Source of the DNA: a virus
Taxonomy: Duplodnaviria > Caudoviricetes
Direction: 5' to 3' (one strand)
DNA length: 56,806 nucleotides
Virus record (IMG/VR): IMGVR_UViG_3300010373_000054
Span: 1-56,806 of that record
A program made the translations under genes and the position numbers. Below, piece by piece: positions 27,500 to 38,360 of the stretch (its first letter is position 1; every line of letters starts with the position of its first letter). The notes below the pieces were generated by a model. That model did no database searches. It was given only the letters and a program-made list of their open reading frames with translations, and was not told the DNA's origin.

Positions 27500-28063
27500 A
27501 TGAATTCGAAAGAAGGGCATCATAGTTGGATGATATGGACTGCAAGAGAGAAAGCTAAACTTTTACACGTACATCAAAAAAGAAAATACACGGAAGAGCC
27601 TTATATTAATCATGTTGAAGCTGTAGCTACCAAGTTGGTTTCTTGGGGTTTTGATGATACACATATGATCTGTGCCGCATTATTGCATGATATTGTAGAG
27701 GATTGTAATTATTCGTTTGATCTAATAAAAGATGGTTGGGGATTTACAACAGCTCAATACGTATGGCATTTGACAAATGTTCCTCATATGGCTGGCAATC
27801 GTGCAAAGCGTCATACAATGGACGTTCAACGACTTTCGCAAGCTCCTTGGCAGGCGAAAGTTATCAAGTGTGCAGATTTGATCGATAACACATCTACAAT
27901 CGTCAAATATGATCCAAACTTTGCAAAGATTTATCTTGACGAGAAGAAAGATATCGTATCTAAGTTTGTTGAGGATTTTGATATCCCAAACCACGTTATC
28001 AAAGAATTAGTAGAGGTTTTAGAGAATGCCATTAAAGAGCTTGAAGAAGTACAAAATCGTTAA
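27500..28063 (+). CDS. HD-domain small alarmone ((p)ppGpp) hydrolase, Mesh1/SAH-like
   Basis: 'HQKRK..EPYINH', 'AALLHDIVED', 'IKCADLIDN'. Confidence 0.85.
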   Translation: MNSKEGHHSWMIWTAREKAKLLHVHQKRKYTEEPYINHVEAVATKLVSWGFDDTHMICAALLHDIVEDCNYSFDLIKDGWGFTTAQYVWHLTNVPHMAGNRAKRHTMDVQRLSQAPWQAKVIKCADLIDNTSTIVKYDPNFAKIYLDEKKDIVSKFVEDFDIPNHVIKELVEVLENAIKELEEVQNR

Positions 28064-28410
28064 CTCATATACGGGTGAATTTTTTAAATCATACCGTTCG
28101 TTCAAAACAGCATATGATACCGTTCTTGCGCTAAATTATATGGAACGCTCGAATGGTCAATTTAATAACCCATGGGAGATTAAATATCTTGATTCGTAGT
28201 AGAGAAGAAGCTGTAGCTTTCATAAAATATAAACTAGAAAATGATTATTATTTTCTACCATTTGAAGCTGAAGAAAAATGGATAAAGCAACTTATGGAGG
28301 AAAACAAATGATTGATCCTTTCACGCTTATGATCGTGGTTGCTGTAGGATCGTTCCTAGGTCATGTAATTTATGATCTAGTCCTTTACTTCTTTTATGGA
28401 GATGATGACG

Positions 28411-28908
28411 ATGAAGGTTCTTTTTCTTGATTGCGATGGAGTATTGAACGATACTAATGATCTTTCTGTTCGTTCTGGAAGGTTCGAGCATGATGATTCA
28501 GGGTTTATCATCAATACGCAAAAAGTTCGTTTGTTGCAGGATATTGTAGAGCAGACTGATTGTAGGATTGTTTTGTCTTCTGCTTGGCGACTTTGGGATG
28601 AAGCCATTAAGACGCTTGAATATTATGGAATTGAGATTTATGATGTAACGCCTTCATTCAGCGGACCTCGTGGAGGTGAAATTCAATTTTGGCTCAACAA
28701 TAGTAAAGTTGAAATTGAACGATACGCAATTGTTGATGATGATAGTGATATGTTGGATCACCAATGGAAGTTTTTCTTTCAAACTGATCATGATTATGGA
28801 TTGACAAAAACAATTGCGTATAGGATAACTCATTATCTCAACAAAGGAAGGAAGGAAATAGTTGATTATGGAGAATTATGGGCCAAGCTTGATGGAAGCT
28901 CTATTTGA
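28411..28908 (+). CDS. HAD-family phosphatase (HAD_SAK_2, RNA-repair associated)
   Basis: 'FLDCDGVLN', 'IVLSSAWR', 'RGGEIQFWL', 'YAIVDD'. Confidence 0.85.
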   Translation: MKVLFLDCDGVLNDTNDLSVRSGRFEHDDSGFIINTQKVRLLQDIVEQTDCRIVLSSAWRLWDEAIKTLEYYGIEIYDVTPSFSGPRGGEIQFWLNNSKVEIERYAIVDDDSDMLDHQWKFFFQTDHDYGLTKTIAYRITHYLNKGRKEIVDYGELWAKLDGSSI

Positions 28909-28998
28909 AAATCGCCGCCCTTGGCAAGAGACAGCAGAGCTTGTAATTGCTTTTGCATCCGGGGCAATCCTTAGTTACTGTTTTGTGGTGTATGGACT

Positions 28999-29217
28999 AT
29001 GAGTGAATTAATTAGAGAAGAATTTGAAATCGAAGTTGCAAAAGCTTTTGCCGGTTACTGTCAAGAGCCATTCGAAGAATGGATTGAATATGCACAAAAG
29101 CTTGTTGCTAACGACCTTGAATGGCAGAAGATCGAATATGGCGATCCTGAGTATGCTTGGGATGCTGAAGCAGCTAAGGAGCTTTCTGATATTGATATCA
29201 GCTATTGGGAAGTTTAA
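28999..29217 (+). CDS. hypothetical protein
   Basis: acidic small ORF in early block. Confidence 0.6.
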   Translation: MSELIREEFEIEVAKAFAGYCQEPFEEWIEYAQKLVANDLEWQKIEYGDPEYAWDAEAAKELSDIDISYWEV

Positions 29218-29533
29218 GAGAGGATTGACAAATGCTTTCTATCTTCACTAACACAATTGAAGGTTTGGTTGAAGCAACAGTTAACACGATCAAGGCACCT
29301 ATTGGAGCGGCACTATTGCCTCTCGACAATGGCAAAACATTGAATGATGCTGTAGAAGGTGTTACCGAGGGTCTTGAAAAGGTTGGAAAGAGTGATGAAA
29401 TCTAATTTCGTGCTTCTAGTCATTAGTCTATTGGTTGTGGCTGTATGCATTTATCTCAGCTGGTTGACTCCTGCCTTCTTTTGGGGCATAGTCTCTATCA
29501 TGACAACGATTAACATTTTGATGAAAAGGAAAG

Positions 29534-29932
29534 ATGATGACGCAGAATAAATATGTAGTCGGTAAGAAGTATAAGATTGGTTTTGATTGGTGGGGGTATT
29601 CGGATGCGATTGTAAAGGTAATTTCTATCAGAGGAAATGACTATAGCACGCACAATACAATTAAAGTTGAATATGAAGATGGAAGTACAAAAGAATTTCA
29701 TACATCAAGCATTGTAGATCAGTACACAACTCCATACGAAGAAGAAAAGACTATTGTCACTGAAAAAGTGACTAGGGTTATTGAGGCTGGTGAATATGGT
29801 CATGTTTGGGTAGATAATTTTGAAGTTGGTGTTGATAAGCACATCACTATTGAAGTGAATAGCAATGTCTTCACAAAACAAACATTGGGTGACCTTATCA
29901 AAACCCTAAACGAAATTCATGAGGTTATGTGA
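29534..29932 (+). CDS. modular early protein (GxYG family)
   Basis: C-terminal 'VTRVIEAGEYGHV...LIKTLNEI'. Confidence 0.7.
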   Translation: MMTQNKYVVGKKYKIGFDWWGYSDAIVKVISIRGNDYSTHNTIKVEYEDGSTKEFHTSSIVDQYTTPYEEEKTIVTEKVTRVIEAGEYGHVWVDNFEVGVDKHITIEVNSNVFTKQTLGDLIKTLNEIHEVM

Positions 29933-30132
29933 TGAAAGTAATTGAACTTATTGAAAAGATGACATCGCATCTAAAGGAAAATCCTGATATTGCAGATCAC
30001 GAAGTTTTCCTTTGCTTTGAAGAAACGGATGATGGAGGTGAAGAAAGAATGTATCGAGATATTGAAATTCTTGACGCTTTGCCAAACATTATTGACTCAA
30101 CGCCTAAGTATTGGCTTTATAATTGGGAATAG
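29929..30132 (+). CDS. hypothetical protein (MKxxELI family)
   Basis: MKVIELIEKM; overlaps upstream stop. Confidence 0.65.
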   Translation: MMKVIELIEKMTSHLKENPDIADHEVFLCFEETDDGGEERMYRDIEILDALPNIIDSTPKYWLYNWE

Positions 30133-30136
30133 TGTG

Positions 30137-30316
30137 ATGAAAGTTAAAGAACTACTACAAATACTGAATAACTTTATTGATAACGATCCATCAGCTATGG
30201 AATATGAAATCAATATGAATAATGAACGCGAATATTACGATGAAGATGTAGAAACCCCTATCGTGGATGTTGTCATATTCCCCGAATATAAGCATGTAAC
30301 CCTATACAAATATTAA
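30137..30316 (+). CDS. hypothetical protein (MKxxELI family)
   Basis: MKVKELLQIL; ends before terminator. Confidence 0.65.
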   Translation: MKVKELLQILNNFIDNDPSAMEYEINMNNEREYYDEDVETPIVDVVIFPEYKHVTLYKY

Positions 30317-30320
30317 TAAC

Positions 30321-30379
30321 AAAGAGCGCTTCGGCGCTCTTTTTTTTTGTTTGACATGAGATTGTGAATAGCCTATGGT
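30321..30379 (+). promoter_or_regulatory. terminator + early promoter unit
   Basis: AGAGCGC-TTCG-GCGCTCT plus T-run, then TTGACA-N17-TATGGT. Confidence 0.75.
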
Positions 30380-30413
30380 TTATTATCTTAAAACACAAAA
30401 AGGAGAAATTAGG

Positions 30414-30800
30414 ATGAAATTTGAACTTCAGAAAGGAAAATACTATCGCACTCGTGACGGACGTAAAGTAGGTCCGATGGAAAAACGAGTTGATCAGTTT
30501 TATGATCCTTCGGATACATTGACAGGTTATGGTTGGTATAAGAATGGAAAATATTTGAATGGTGAATCTGAATGTCAACTTGATCTTGTAAGAGAGTGGT
30601 GCGAAGAGAAGGGTATTTTTACAACTGTCAAAAAGCTAAATATCGGTGATTTTGGAAATTTCAAGATCAATGAAAACACTTATGGAGTTAGTGTCGATTT
30701 GTTTCCTTCCAGCTTCTGGAAGTGTAATTCAGAAGAGTTGAAACAGCTTGCAAACCAACTTCTAGAAATCGTTGATCATTGGGAGAATGATGGAGAATGA
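30414..30800 (+). CDS. modular early protein (GxYG family)
   Basis: 'GKYYRTRDGRKVGPM' N-domain; C-terminal 'GDFGNF...EELKQLANQL'. Confidence 0.7.
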   Translation: MKFELQKGKYYRTRDGRKVGPMEKRVDQFYDPSDTLTGYGWYKNGKYLNGESECQLDLVREWCEEKGIFTTVKKLNIGDFGNFKINENTYGVSVDLFPSSFWKCNSEELKQLANQLLEIVDHWENDGE

Positions 30801-32149
30801 AAACGTACAAAGTAATTGAACCAAATACAGGTGAAATTTTTCACGATGCTGTTGAATATGAGATTCATATTCTCCCTTGTCCTGATGCAGCTTTAGAGAA
30901 TTATCTACTTGATGGTGATCGAAATGGCTGGTTCTACGATGGATATCCACAAGGCCGAGAATACCACGTTCTTTGTGTGGAAACTGGAGTCGTGACAAAA
31001 CATATCGTAAATACTGAATTTGAACCAAGCTTTGTTATTTCAGATAAGAGGGATTGAGTATGGAAGAAACAATCAAAACTCTTAGAAAAATGCTTGAAAT
31101 TTATGAGCAGCGATTAGAAAATTGCGAAAGGGTTGTTGAACGTCTTGCGACTGAAATGGGACTATTTGAAAGTAGAGAAGGGTATAACACTTACGTTGTT
31201 CGTTTGGCAGTAGATCACGAGTCAGAAGCAAGGACACTTAGGAAAGAAATATTGGCTTTGCGTCTTGCAATTGAATATATTGAAGGGGATGTTTTGAAAT
31301 GAAATACCTAAAATTGTGCAAATGTTATGAAGCGCCTATCATCATTCCTTTTTCTGAAGAAGATGAGAGCAGATTAGAAGAAATTTGCGATCACCTAATT
31401 CGTATTGGAAAGCTAGATTGGTTTGAGATAACAGAATTCTTTGCAGAAGAAGATATTCTAGATATTATCGAAAGAACATGGTAGAGGTTATAATGCTGAT
31501 TAAAATTAATGAAAACACATGGATTAACCCTGATCATGTGCAACAGGTAGTAATTATAGGTGTTGACAAAACACGAATCATTACAACAAATGATTATTTT
31601 GATTTAAACAAAAGCGCACAAGAAGTTGTCAACATTTTAAACGGAAAAGGAAAGAGTCTATGAATATTGTTCTACACGTTGTTAGCACTATTGCAGCGGC
31701 ATTGCTTACATGGAGTTTCTTTTTGCCTGCCGTAAATTTTATTTTGGTTGTGGCTGGTGTTTCTTTGTTGGCAATTATCTCAACATTCATTGCTCAATTT
31801 TATTATTCGTGGTGATTTAGATGAAAGTAAATTTAACTAATGGTGAAACAGAAACACAGTCGATATATAGTTTAAAAAGCCTGAAAGCGAATAGCGTTGA
31901 ATTATTCTATGAAGATTTTGAAGCTATTCTTAGACATCCAGAACTATTGCATATGATATTTATGAGATTGGTGCCGGGAGTGAAGAAATGAAAGTCAATG
32001 AACTAATTAAACTGCTACAGGAAAGCGTTGAAGAGAATTTTGAGGTTGGGGAGTATGATGTTTATATGAATGTTGATTATGATGAAGCTTATGCAGGAGT
32101 CACATCAATGTACATCCATAAAGGTTTTGTAGACCTTGAATCAGAATAA
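30797..32149 (+). other. run of small hypothetical early genes (30797-31057, 31054-31302, 31299-31484, ~31493-31663, TM peptide ~31660-31815, ~31821-31984, 31988-32149)
   Basis: tightly overlapping starts and stops with SD sequences. Confidence 0.6.
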
Positions 32150-32204
32150 GAGCGCTTAGGCGCTCTTTTTTTTGTTTGACATGGTGCATAGATTATGAGA
32201 TTGT
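32148..32204 (+). promoter_or_regulatory. terminator + early promoter unit
   Basis: AGAGCGC-TTAG-GCGCTCT plus T-run, then TTGACA-N17-GATTGT. Confidence 0.75.
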
Positions 32205-32240
32205 GATTTTAGAGAATCAAACACAAAAGGAGAGAAATAA

Positions 32241-35200
32241 ATGACAAAGTTTAAAATTGGTGATAGGGTTAAGGATGTTAGTTATTCAGCACCAGTTAAT
32301 CCCTATGGTGTTGTTCATGCAATTGATAATATCAATGATGATTTTATACAAATTTGTTGGGATCATAATTCCAATAATGGATCAGCAAATTATGTCGGCG
32401 GATTTCACCACTCTTCAGACTTCATCCTAGTAGAAAGTGCGCAAAAAGCAATTGAACCATGGAACCTGATGCAAGTCTCTATTCACAACAAAGAGAAGTT
32501 CAAGGAAACGCTACTAAACATCTTGAATGAAGGGCGAAAGCTAACGCCTATAGAAGTTGTTAAGGTTGAAGATTTCTTGGGGGTTGTGTGATGGTTGATG
32601 TTAAACACACGCCTACGCCTTGGGACACGATGGGAAGCCTTGTGATACGTGTAGAGGGTCCGACCTCTTACATGGTTGCTAGAGCTTCATCTTCAGAAGA
32701 TGCCGACCATATCGTCAAGTGCGTTAAAATGCATGATGAGTTGGTGGAGGTGCTATCTAAATTCATGGATTTCAAAGATAGTGACTACGTGCCTAATAAT
32801 ATGTTTAAACGCGCAGAAAAAACCCTCGCCAAAGCACGAGGAGAACAAACAAAGGAGATTCTAAATGAAGGTTAAAATTATTCGTGAAAAGGTAGGCGGT
32901 TTTGATTTTGACGCTGGATGGGTGACTGAAGGTAAGGCTTATACAGTTATCAAAAGGCATACTATTTGGGATGACGGATATTACATTAGCGATAACGATG
33001 GTGATGCACTATTGTTTTGGGAACATGAGCTGGAGTTTGTGGAGGATTGATTATGAAAGTTCGAATTAAAGAGATTGACGACAGGCACGATTATTCGTAT
33101 GTAACAAACAAAGGCTTTGTTATTGGACATGTGTATGAAATCCATGAAGATGGTTTTGATGAAGAAGATAAAGGTGTAGTGATCATTGACGGTGATAAGC
33201 GCTGTTTCCTTTATGAATGGGAATATGAGGTTGTTGAAGTATGATTGAAGTTGGCAAAAAATATTATGTAGTGTCCGATATTTATGATTGGATTGATCCT
33301 ATGGAAAAAGTAGAGGTGCATACCCATGAAGATGGGGAAATGCCCTTTGTAGTCCACAGGCATGAAGATGGTTCTTGGCTTACTTCAGGTTATATAGATG
33401 AATATGACTTGCTTAGTGCTGATGAAATCATTAAGGTATGGCAGTATCACAGGATGATGGTTGATTCGTTTGAAAGGCATGGATGATGGAGTACACGACT
33501 ATTGTCAGTGAATTGAATGATTTGCTTGAGCGAATGGGACTAACGCTAAGTAATGAAGAAGGTGATGATTGGTGGGTGTACGAATCAGAGCGAAAAGCGC
33601 TGGTTCATGCAATTGGGATTATTAACGATTTGATTGATGAAAGGAAATAAAATGAAAGTTAGAGCTATTGAAGGCTGTCACCGAAACCTTACCGCTGGAA
33701 AGATTTATGATGTAGTGAGCATTTCAGAGGGTGGAGAATATTGGCGTGTTGTTGATGATAATGGTAACACAGACGGTTACATTCCTGACTTTCACTTCGA
33801 AGTCGTAGAAAAAGAACCAAAGATTGAAGTCGGTAGTCTGTGGATTCATGACAATGGTCTTGAGTATGAAGTTACTGCTGTCGGTGAGAAGGTTGCTTTG
33901 GCAAAACACGACGATGTCGAATACCAAGTGCGAATTAGTAATTTTGGTAAATCGTATAAACCAAAGCCTAAAACAGTGACGATGTATTTTTACAAAATGA
34001 ACAATGGCGAATATGAGTCATATTCATGGAAGATTCACGATGTTCCATTTTCATTTAAGCGTGAGATTGAACTACCATGATTGATATTGAAAAACGTTGG
34101 CAGATTGGTAAAACAATCGTTGATCCGCCTAGTGGTTGGAGGTATGGTTTTCCTGCACCATTGCAGGAAGACTATACAAAACAGCTTAAGGATGCTGGAT
34201 ATCCTGAAAAGGATATTGATATGGCGTTGAAACACTCTAGATATTGGGAAAGAGATTATGAAGATTAGAGCATTAGTTGATGATTCACCTTGGAGTGGTT
34301 TCAAAAAGGGTGACGTTTTTGAAGCTACATTGAATTATAATGAAGAAGCATATATCTTTATTGATAAAGACGGAAATAAAAGGCTTAGGTTTAGGTTTAT
34401 TGGTGATTTCGAAGTCGTCAATGAAGTAGTAAACAAAGAGCGAGAAAGCATTATCAAAGAGTTAGAGGGTTTGAATTTTCGTGCATGGAGTTATGGAACT
34501 TATGAGGATATCCATGTCCATGTAAGCGAGATGAATGCACTTGACAAGGCTATTGAGATTTTGAAAGGGATGAGGCGATGAAAGAAACAAACATGGATAG
34601 GTTGATTTCAATCTATGAAAGATTGACTTACGAACATGTAAAGTCAGTAAATAAGCATGAATTCAGATCGGCAGAAGAGTATAGAAAGTGTTTTGAACTT
34701 TTGTCTACTGTTATCATTTATTGCTCGCAGAAGGAAGGGTTTTGATTATGACAGACAACATTAACGGAATGAGTAAGACAAGACTTTCAATGTTTGCTGA
34801 TAGTCTCAAGGATTTGACTTATAAGGAGATGAGCTACATATCACAGTGTATAGTTGATGAAATTGCTACTTATAATCAAACTCCTTGGACTCCGGCTGAC
34901 GTTCTAGTGACTGTGGCTGATAATCTATTGGAGGAATTGAATGAAACGTGACTTGGATGATATCATTCTATGGCCTGACGAAACATGGTGCTTTTATTCT
35001 GAACTTTGGGAATTTCATTGGATGAGTGATGATTACGAAGTCATAAGTTATGGAACTGACAGATGGACAGAATTCCTTAATTCAAACGAAAGTAGTAAAG
35101 GGTTGCCACAATATGAAAGCAAGTGAACTAATCAAGTTGCTAGAATCGGAGATTGAGAAGTATGGTGATTTGGTGGTAAAATACTATCATAAGGCAGGAG

Positions 35201-35289
35201 ATACAACACCATATGATGTTTGCTCTTACGACTTCTTTGGTAACTATACTAAAGAACGAAACAAAGCTGTAGAAATCTTTATCCATTAA
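32241..35289 (+). other. operon of small hypothetical early genes (32241-32591, 32588-32875, 32865-33050, 33047-33244, 33241-33486, 33652-34080, 34077-34268, 34258-34581, 34748-34951, 34941-35126, 35113-35289)
   Basis: chain of overlapping ORFs, several with SH3-like 'KIGDRV/KVKI' starts. Confidence 0.65.
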
Positions 35290-35293
35290 ACAT

Positions 35294-35349
35294 AAAGGTC
35301 GCATTTAGCGGCCTTTTTTATTGACATATGGTTGCAGATGTGAGAGTTT
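35294..35349 (+). promoter_or_regulatory. terminator + early promoter unit
   Basis: AGGTCGC-ATTTA-GCGGCCT plus T-run, then TTGACA-N17-GAGTTT. Confidence 0.7.
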
Positions 35350-35384
35350 AAGGAAACGAAACACGAGATAAGGAGTTATTGATT

Positions 35385-35792
35385 ATGGTTGATATTAAAG
35401 TTGGTGATTGGGTGAAGGCTAATGGTTGGAGTAAGTTTTACGAGGTTGTTGAGTCTGAAGGTAACAACATTACAGTTTTGAATTCTTGGGGGAAAAGATA
35501 CTCGTACTCATTAGAAGACTATGACTTCATCATCCGCGAAAATCCTACACCTTCGCCAGTGCGTGAAGTAGTGACTAAGGAATTGGTTGATGGCGTTTAT
35601 GGGCGGGTGTTGGTTGACGGCGTTTATGGGCGGGTGATGATTAAAGAAATTCAAGGAGAACCAACGTTTAATATTGTCAATCGCTTTGGTGAGTGCGATC
35701 CACTTGCTAATATGCAAGTTCTAAACGCCAAAGAACTTAGAGAGCTGGCACAAACATTGAATGAAGTTGCAGAGTTTTTGGAGAGTGAGTGA
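35385..35792 (+). CDS. modular early protein (GxYG family)
   Basis: 'IKVGDWV' N-domain; 'SPVREVVTKELVDGVYGRV...ELRELAQTLNEVAEFLE'. Confidence 0.75.
   Translation: MVDIKVGDWVKANGWSKFYEVVESEGNNITVLNSWGKRYSYSLEDYDFIIRENPTPSPVREVVTKELVDGVYGRVLVDGVYGRVMIKEIQGEPTFNIVNRFGECDPLANMQVLNAKELRELAQTLNEVAEFLESE
35583..35636 (+). repeat. in-frame 27-bp tandem duplication
   Basis: TTGGTTGAYGGCGTTTATGGGCGGGTG x2 (LVDGVYGRV twice). Confidence 0.95.
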
Positions 35793-35918
35793 CATATATG
35801 ACCTATTACCACTAAAACAAGCATTAAGGGGTAATGTAAGGCTCTTTAATCAGAAATAGCCATTGACTATGACCTATGGTTGTGAGATTATGGGTTATTG
35901 AAACAAGGAGATAATGAA

Positions 35919-36086
35919 ATGAAGACGTATCGGATTGATGGTGTTTACCAACACGGATATGAAGAATGGTTGACTATTGGATGTCCTGAAGATGAGGTCG
36001 GCAGACATATTGAAGATTATCTTGAAGAGAGAACCCCTAACGGGGAAAAGCGATTCAAAAGTATTATCGTTACAATTGAAGACTAA
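35919..36086 (+). CDS. cassette gene, paralogue of 36768-36941
   Basis: own promoter (35863) and AAGGAG SD; TYRIDGVY...CPEDEV. Confidence 0.75.
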   Translation: MKTYRIDGVYQHGYEEWLTIGCPEDEVGRHIEDYLEERTPNGEKRFKSIIVTIED

Positions 36087-36279
36087 GGCGCTCTAAGCGC
36101 CTTTTCTTTTGTCCTTTAGGATCGCGTAACATGCATTATGGAACTGTTTCGGATGCGGAATGATCACTAAAAACAGGCATTTTTATGATCCAAAAAATAT
36201 TTGTCATGGTTCATTTTTCCTATTGTAAACTGTGAAGAATCGTGAGATAAAGAATGCAACGAAGCAAGGAGATACGGAA

Positions 36280-36510
36280 ATGAACGTTACGGTAGTTTCA
36301 AAGGAAGAAGGCAGAATTCAAGTTGAAATCGAAATGAAGAATACGATGCTGGAAGATGAGAAATATTGCGTAGTATTTGTAGAATTCAATGGCCGTATGA
36401 TTGAAACTGTTTACGTTCAACGCAAAAATGGAAAGTATGCAGAACTAAACCCACAAAAACATCGTTATCAGTTTAACAGGGTTGCTGAAATTGCAAGAAA
36501 GGCGCTCTAA
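36280..36510 (+). CDS. cassette gene, hypothetical
   Basis: own promoter (36223); stop codon inside repeat hairpin. Confidence 0.75.
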   Translation: MNVTVVSKEEGRIQVEIEMKNTMLEDEKYCVVFVEFNGRMIETVYVQRKNGKYAELNPQKHRYQFNRVAEIARKAL

Positions 36511-36600
36511 GCGCCTTTTTCTTTGTCTAAATGTAATTTAGTTGTTGACTTATGGTTCATGGTATGGGAATGTAAGTCATCGAAACAAGGAGATAAGCAG

Positions 36601-36771
36601 ATGCCTAAATACATGATTCAGGTTCTTGGAACATATCTTGAATGCGTTGGTGAAACTGTAGAAGAGCTTCGCATTAATGGTATGAAGCTTAAGAACAAAC
36701 ATAACCTATCTGGCATGACTTATCGCATATTCAAAGATTATAAGTTTGTGAAAGATTGTGTGTTCTCATGA
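36601..36771 (+). CDS. cassette gene, hypothetical
   Basis: own promoter (36545), AAGGAG SD. Confidence 0.7.
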   Translation: MPKYMIQVLGTYLECVGETVEELRINGMKLKNKHNLSGMTYRIFKDYKFVKDCVFS

Positions 36772-36941
36772 GTTCAACATACGGAATAGATGGCGTCTAT
36801 TCATGTGGAATGAAAAGATGGCTTATGCTTAATTGTCCTGCTGATGAAGTAGTAGAATGTGTTCAAATGTATTTAAACGAAAAAATTGACGGTAAGCCGA
36901 AATTCAAAGAAATTAGGATTTATATTGAAAGGCGTTATTAA
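36768..36941 (+). CDS. cassette gene, paralogue of 35919-36086
   Basis: TYGIDGVY...CPADEV; stop inside repeat hairpin. Confidence 0.7.
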   Translation: MSSTYGIDGVYSCGMKRWLMLNCPADEVVECVQMYLNEKIDGKPKFKEIRIYIERRY

Positions 36942-37033
36942 CGCCTTTTTCTTTGCCTAAATGTAATTTCCTGTTGCAATGGTCTATGGATTGTGCGATA
37001 AAGAATTCAGAGAAAAACAAAGGAAACATACGA

Positions 37034-37267
37034 ATGGCTAAAGCTTACTTCCTTCCACTGGTTTCACTCCCTGTAATTATTGATGAGCCGGGTGAATACG
37101 TAACACGTTGTGGTGATGTTGTTACAGTAACCATCGTTAGCACAAGACATGATTTGAATTGCCATGGCTTCTATAATGATGGTCATGTCAACGAAAGCTG
37201 GCACAAGTCAGGTCGTCTATATGCAACAACTGAAAGCTTCAATGATATTGTTTCTAAGGCGCTCTAA
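37034..37267 (+). CDS. cassette gene, hypothetical
   Basis: own promoter (36974); 'GEYVTRCGDVV'; stop inside repeat hairpin. Confidence 0.75.
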   Translation: MAKAYFLPLVSLPVIIDEPGEYVTRCGDVVTVTIVSTRHDLNCHGFYNDGHVNESWHKSGRLYATTESFNDIVSKAL

Positions 37268-37357
37268 GCGCCTTTTTCTTTGCCTAAATGCATTTTTCCT
37301 GTTGCAATGCATTTTAATCTATGCGATAAATGATTATCGAACCAAGGAGAGATAACA

Positions 37358-37558
37358 ATGTCAGACAAGGTTTTTGGTTATGATCTTCAAGATATCCTTG
37401 ATGGTCAACAGCGAAAAGGAAAGCTAGTCTCTAACCCAATTGATTTATCCAAGACTGGAGATTATGGGGCTGATCCTATTGGCGATGGTACTTTTCGTAT
37501 GATCCCTAGTGGTGACATTGTTGACTTTGAAGAAAGAAATAAAAGGCTTAAAAGATAA
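37358..37558 (+). CDS. cassette gene, hypothetical
   Basis: own promoter (37302), AAGGAG SD. Confidence 0.7.
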   Translation: MSDKVFGYDLQDILDGQQRKGKLVSNPIDLSKTGDYGADPIGDGTFRMIPSGDIVDFEERNKRLKR

Positions 37559-38141
37559 TGTTGATAGCACATGGCATAGTGATCGTATTTCTGGTAGCAA
37601 TATTCATGGTTTATGTGTGGATAGTAAAGGAGAACTTGAGATGATATCTTACTGGCTAGGAATAAATGCCTATCGTCAAGGGAATTTTAAGAATCCTTTC
37701 ACATATGCAAGCCAAGATTGGCGGGATTGGAATGAAGGATGGTATGCAGCTCTTTATCAGGAGAAAGGCTATAAGCCTAAGTATATTGGTGAGAGAAGAT
37801 GACTATTTTTGATTTTCTTATAATACTTGCCGCCTTTGCTTTGTTCTTTTTTATTGAATGGTTATGTAGTTAGCATCCTAATCATTCCATTTGAAATGAT
37901 TGACCTTGTATATCATTAGCATGGATAATGGTTCATGTGCGCGAGATTGAGGGCAATGGATGATGGAGAGGGGTTTGTTTGCTTGATATAATTCCTATAA
38001 CTAAAGCTAAGTCTGTCATAGGTTTAGTAACTTATTAGGCTGGATAAAGTGGAATTATTTTCACTTTTCCGGTCTTTTTGTGTTGACGTGGCTTCAGAGA
38101 TATGCGATAACAAAATCACAGAGAAACAAGGAGTTACGGAA

Positions 38142-38354
38142 ATGAATGCAACTTACTTTGTAAAGAACGAAAACACTCTTGGTTATGTTTATCCTGCACA
38201 GCCTGAATTCTTCAACATCATTGCAGGGAAGCCACAGATTGGCGGCGATAATTGGGTGGATGGATTCGTTGCAATTGGAGAGTCAGATAAGTTAAGGGTT
38301 GCAACTAAAGAAGATTTTGATCATTTCAGAGTTTGTAGCAAAAACCACATCTAG
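38142..38354 (+). CDS. hypothetical early protein
   Basis: promoter TTGACG-N17-GATAAC at 38083, AAGGAG SD. Confidence 0.7.
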   Translation: MNATYFVKNENTLGYVYPAQPEFFNIIAGKPQIGGDNWVDGFVAIGESDKLRVATKEDFDHFRVCSKNHI

Positions 38355-38360
38355 CTAATT

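Larger units (their letters stand above)
36085..37310 (+). repeat. four dispersed terminator/UP/promoter repeats (36085, 36499, 36929, 37256)
   Basis: consensus AAGGCGCTCTAAGCGCCTTTTTCTTTG(C/T)CTAAATG; copy 1 shares only the hairpin and T-run. Confidence 0.9.

Noticed and set aside
36085-37310. CRISPR array or attC integron array
   Set aside because: Spacers are 300-400 bp of coding DNA; repeats are terminator/promoter units lacking attC R/L boxes; no cas or integrase gene in the window
35898-38141. Long N-terminal extensions in the ORF track (35898, 36232, 36523, 36953, 38049)
   Set aside because: They run through promoter and RBS sequence; true starts follow the AAGGA(G) SD
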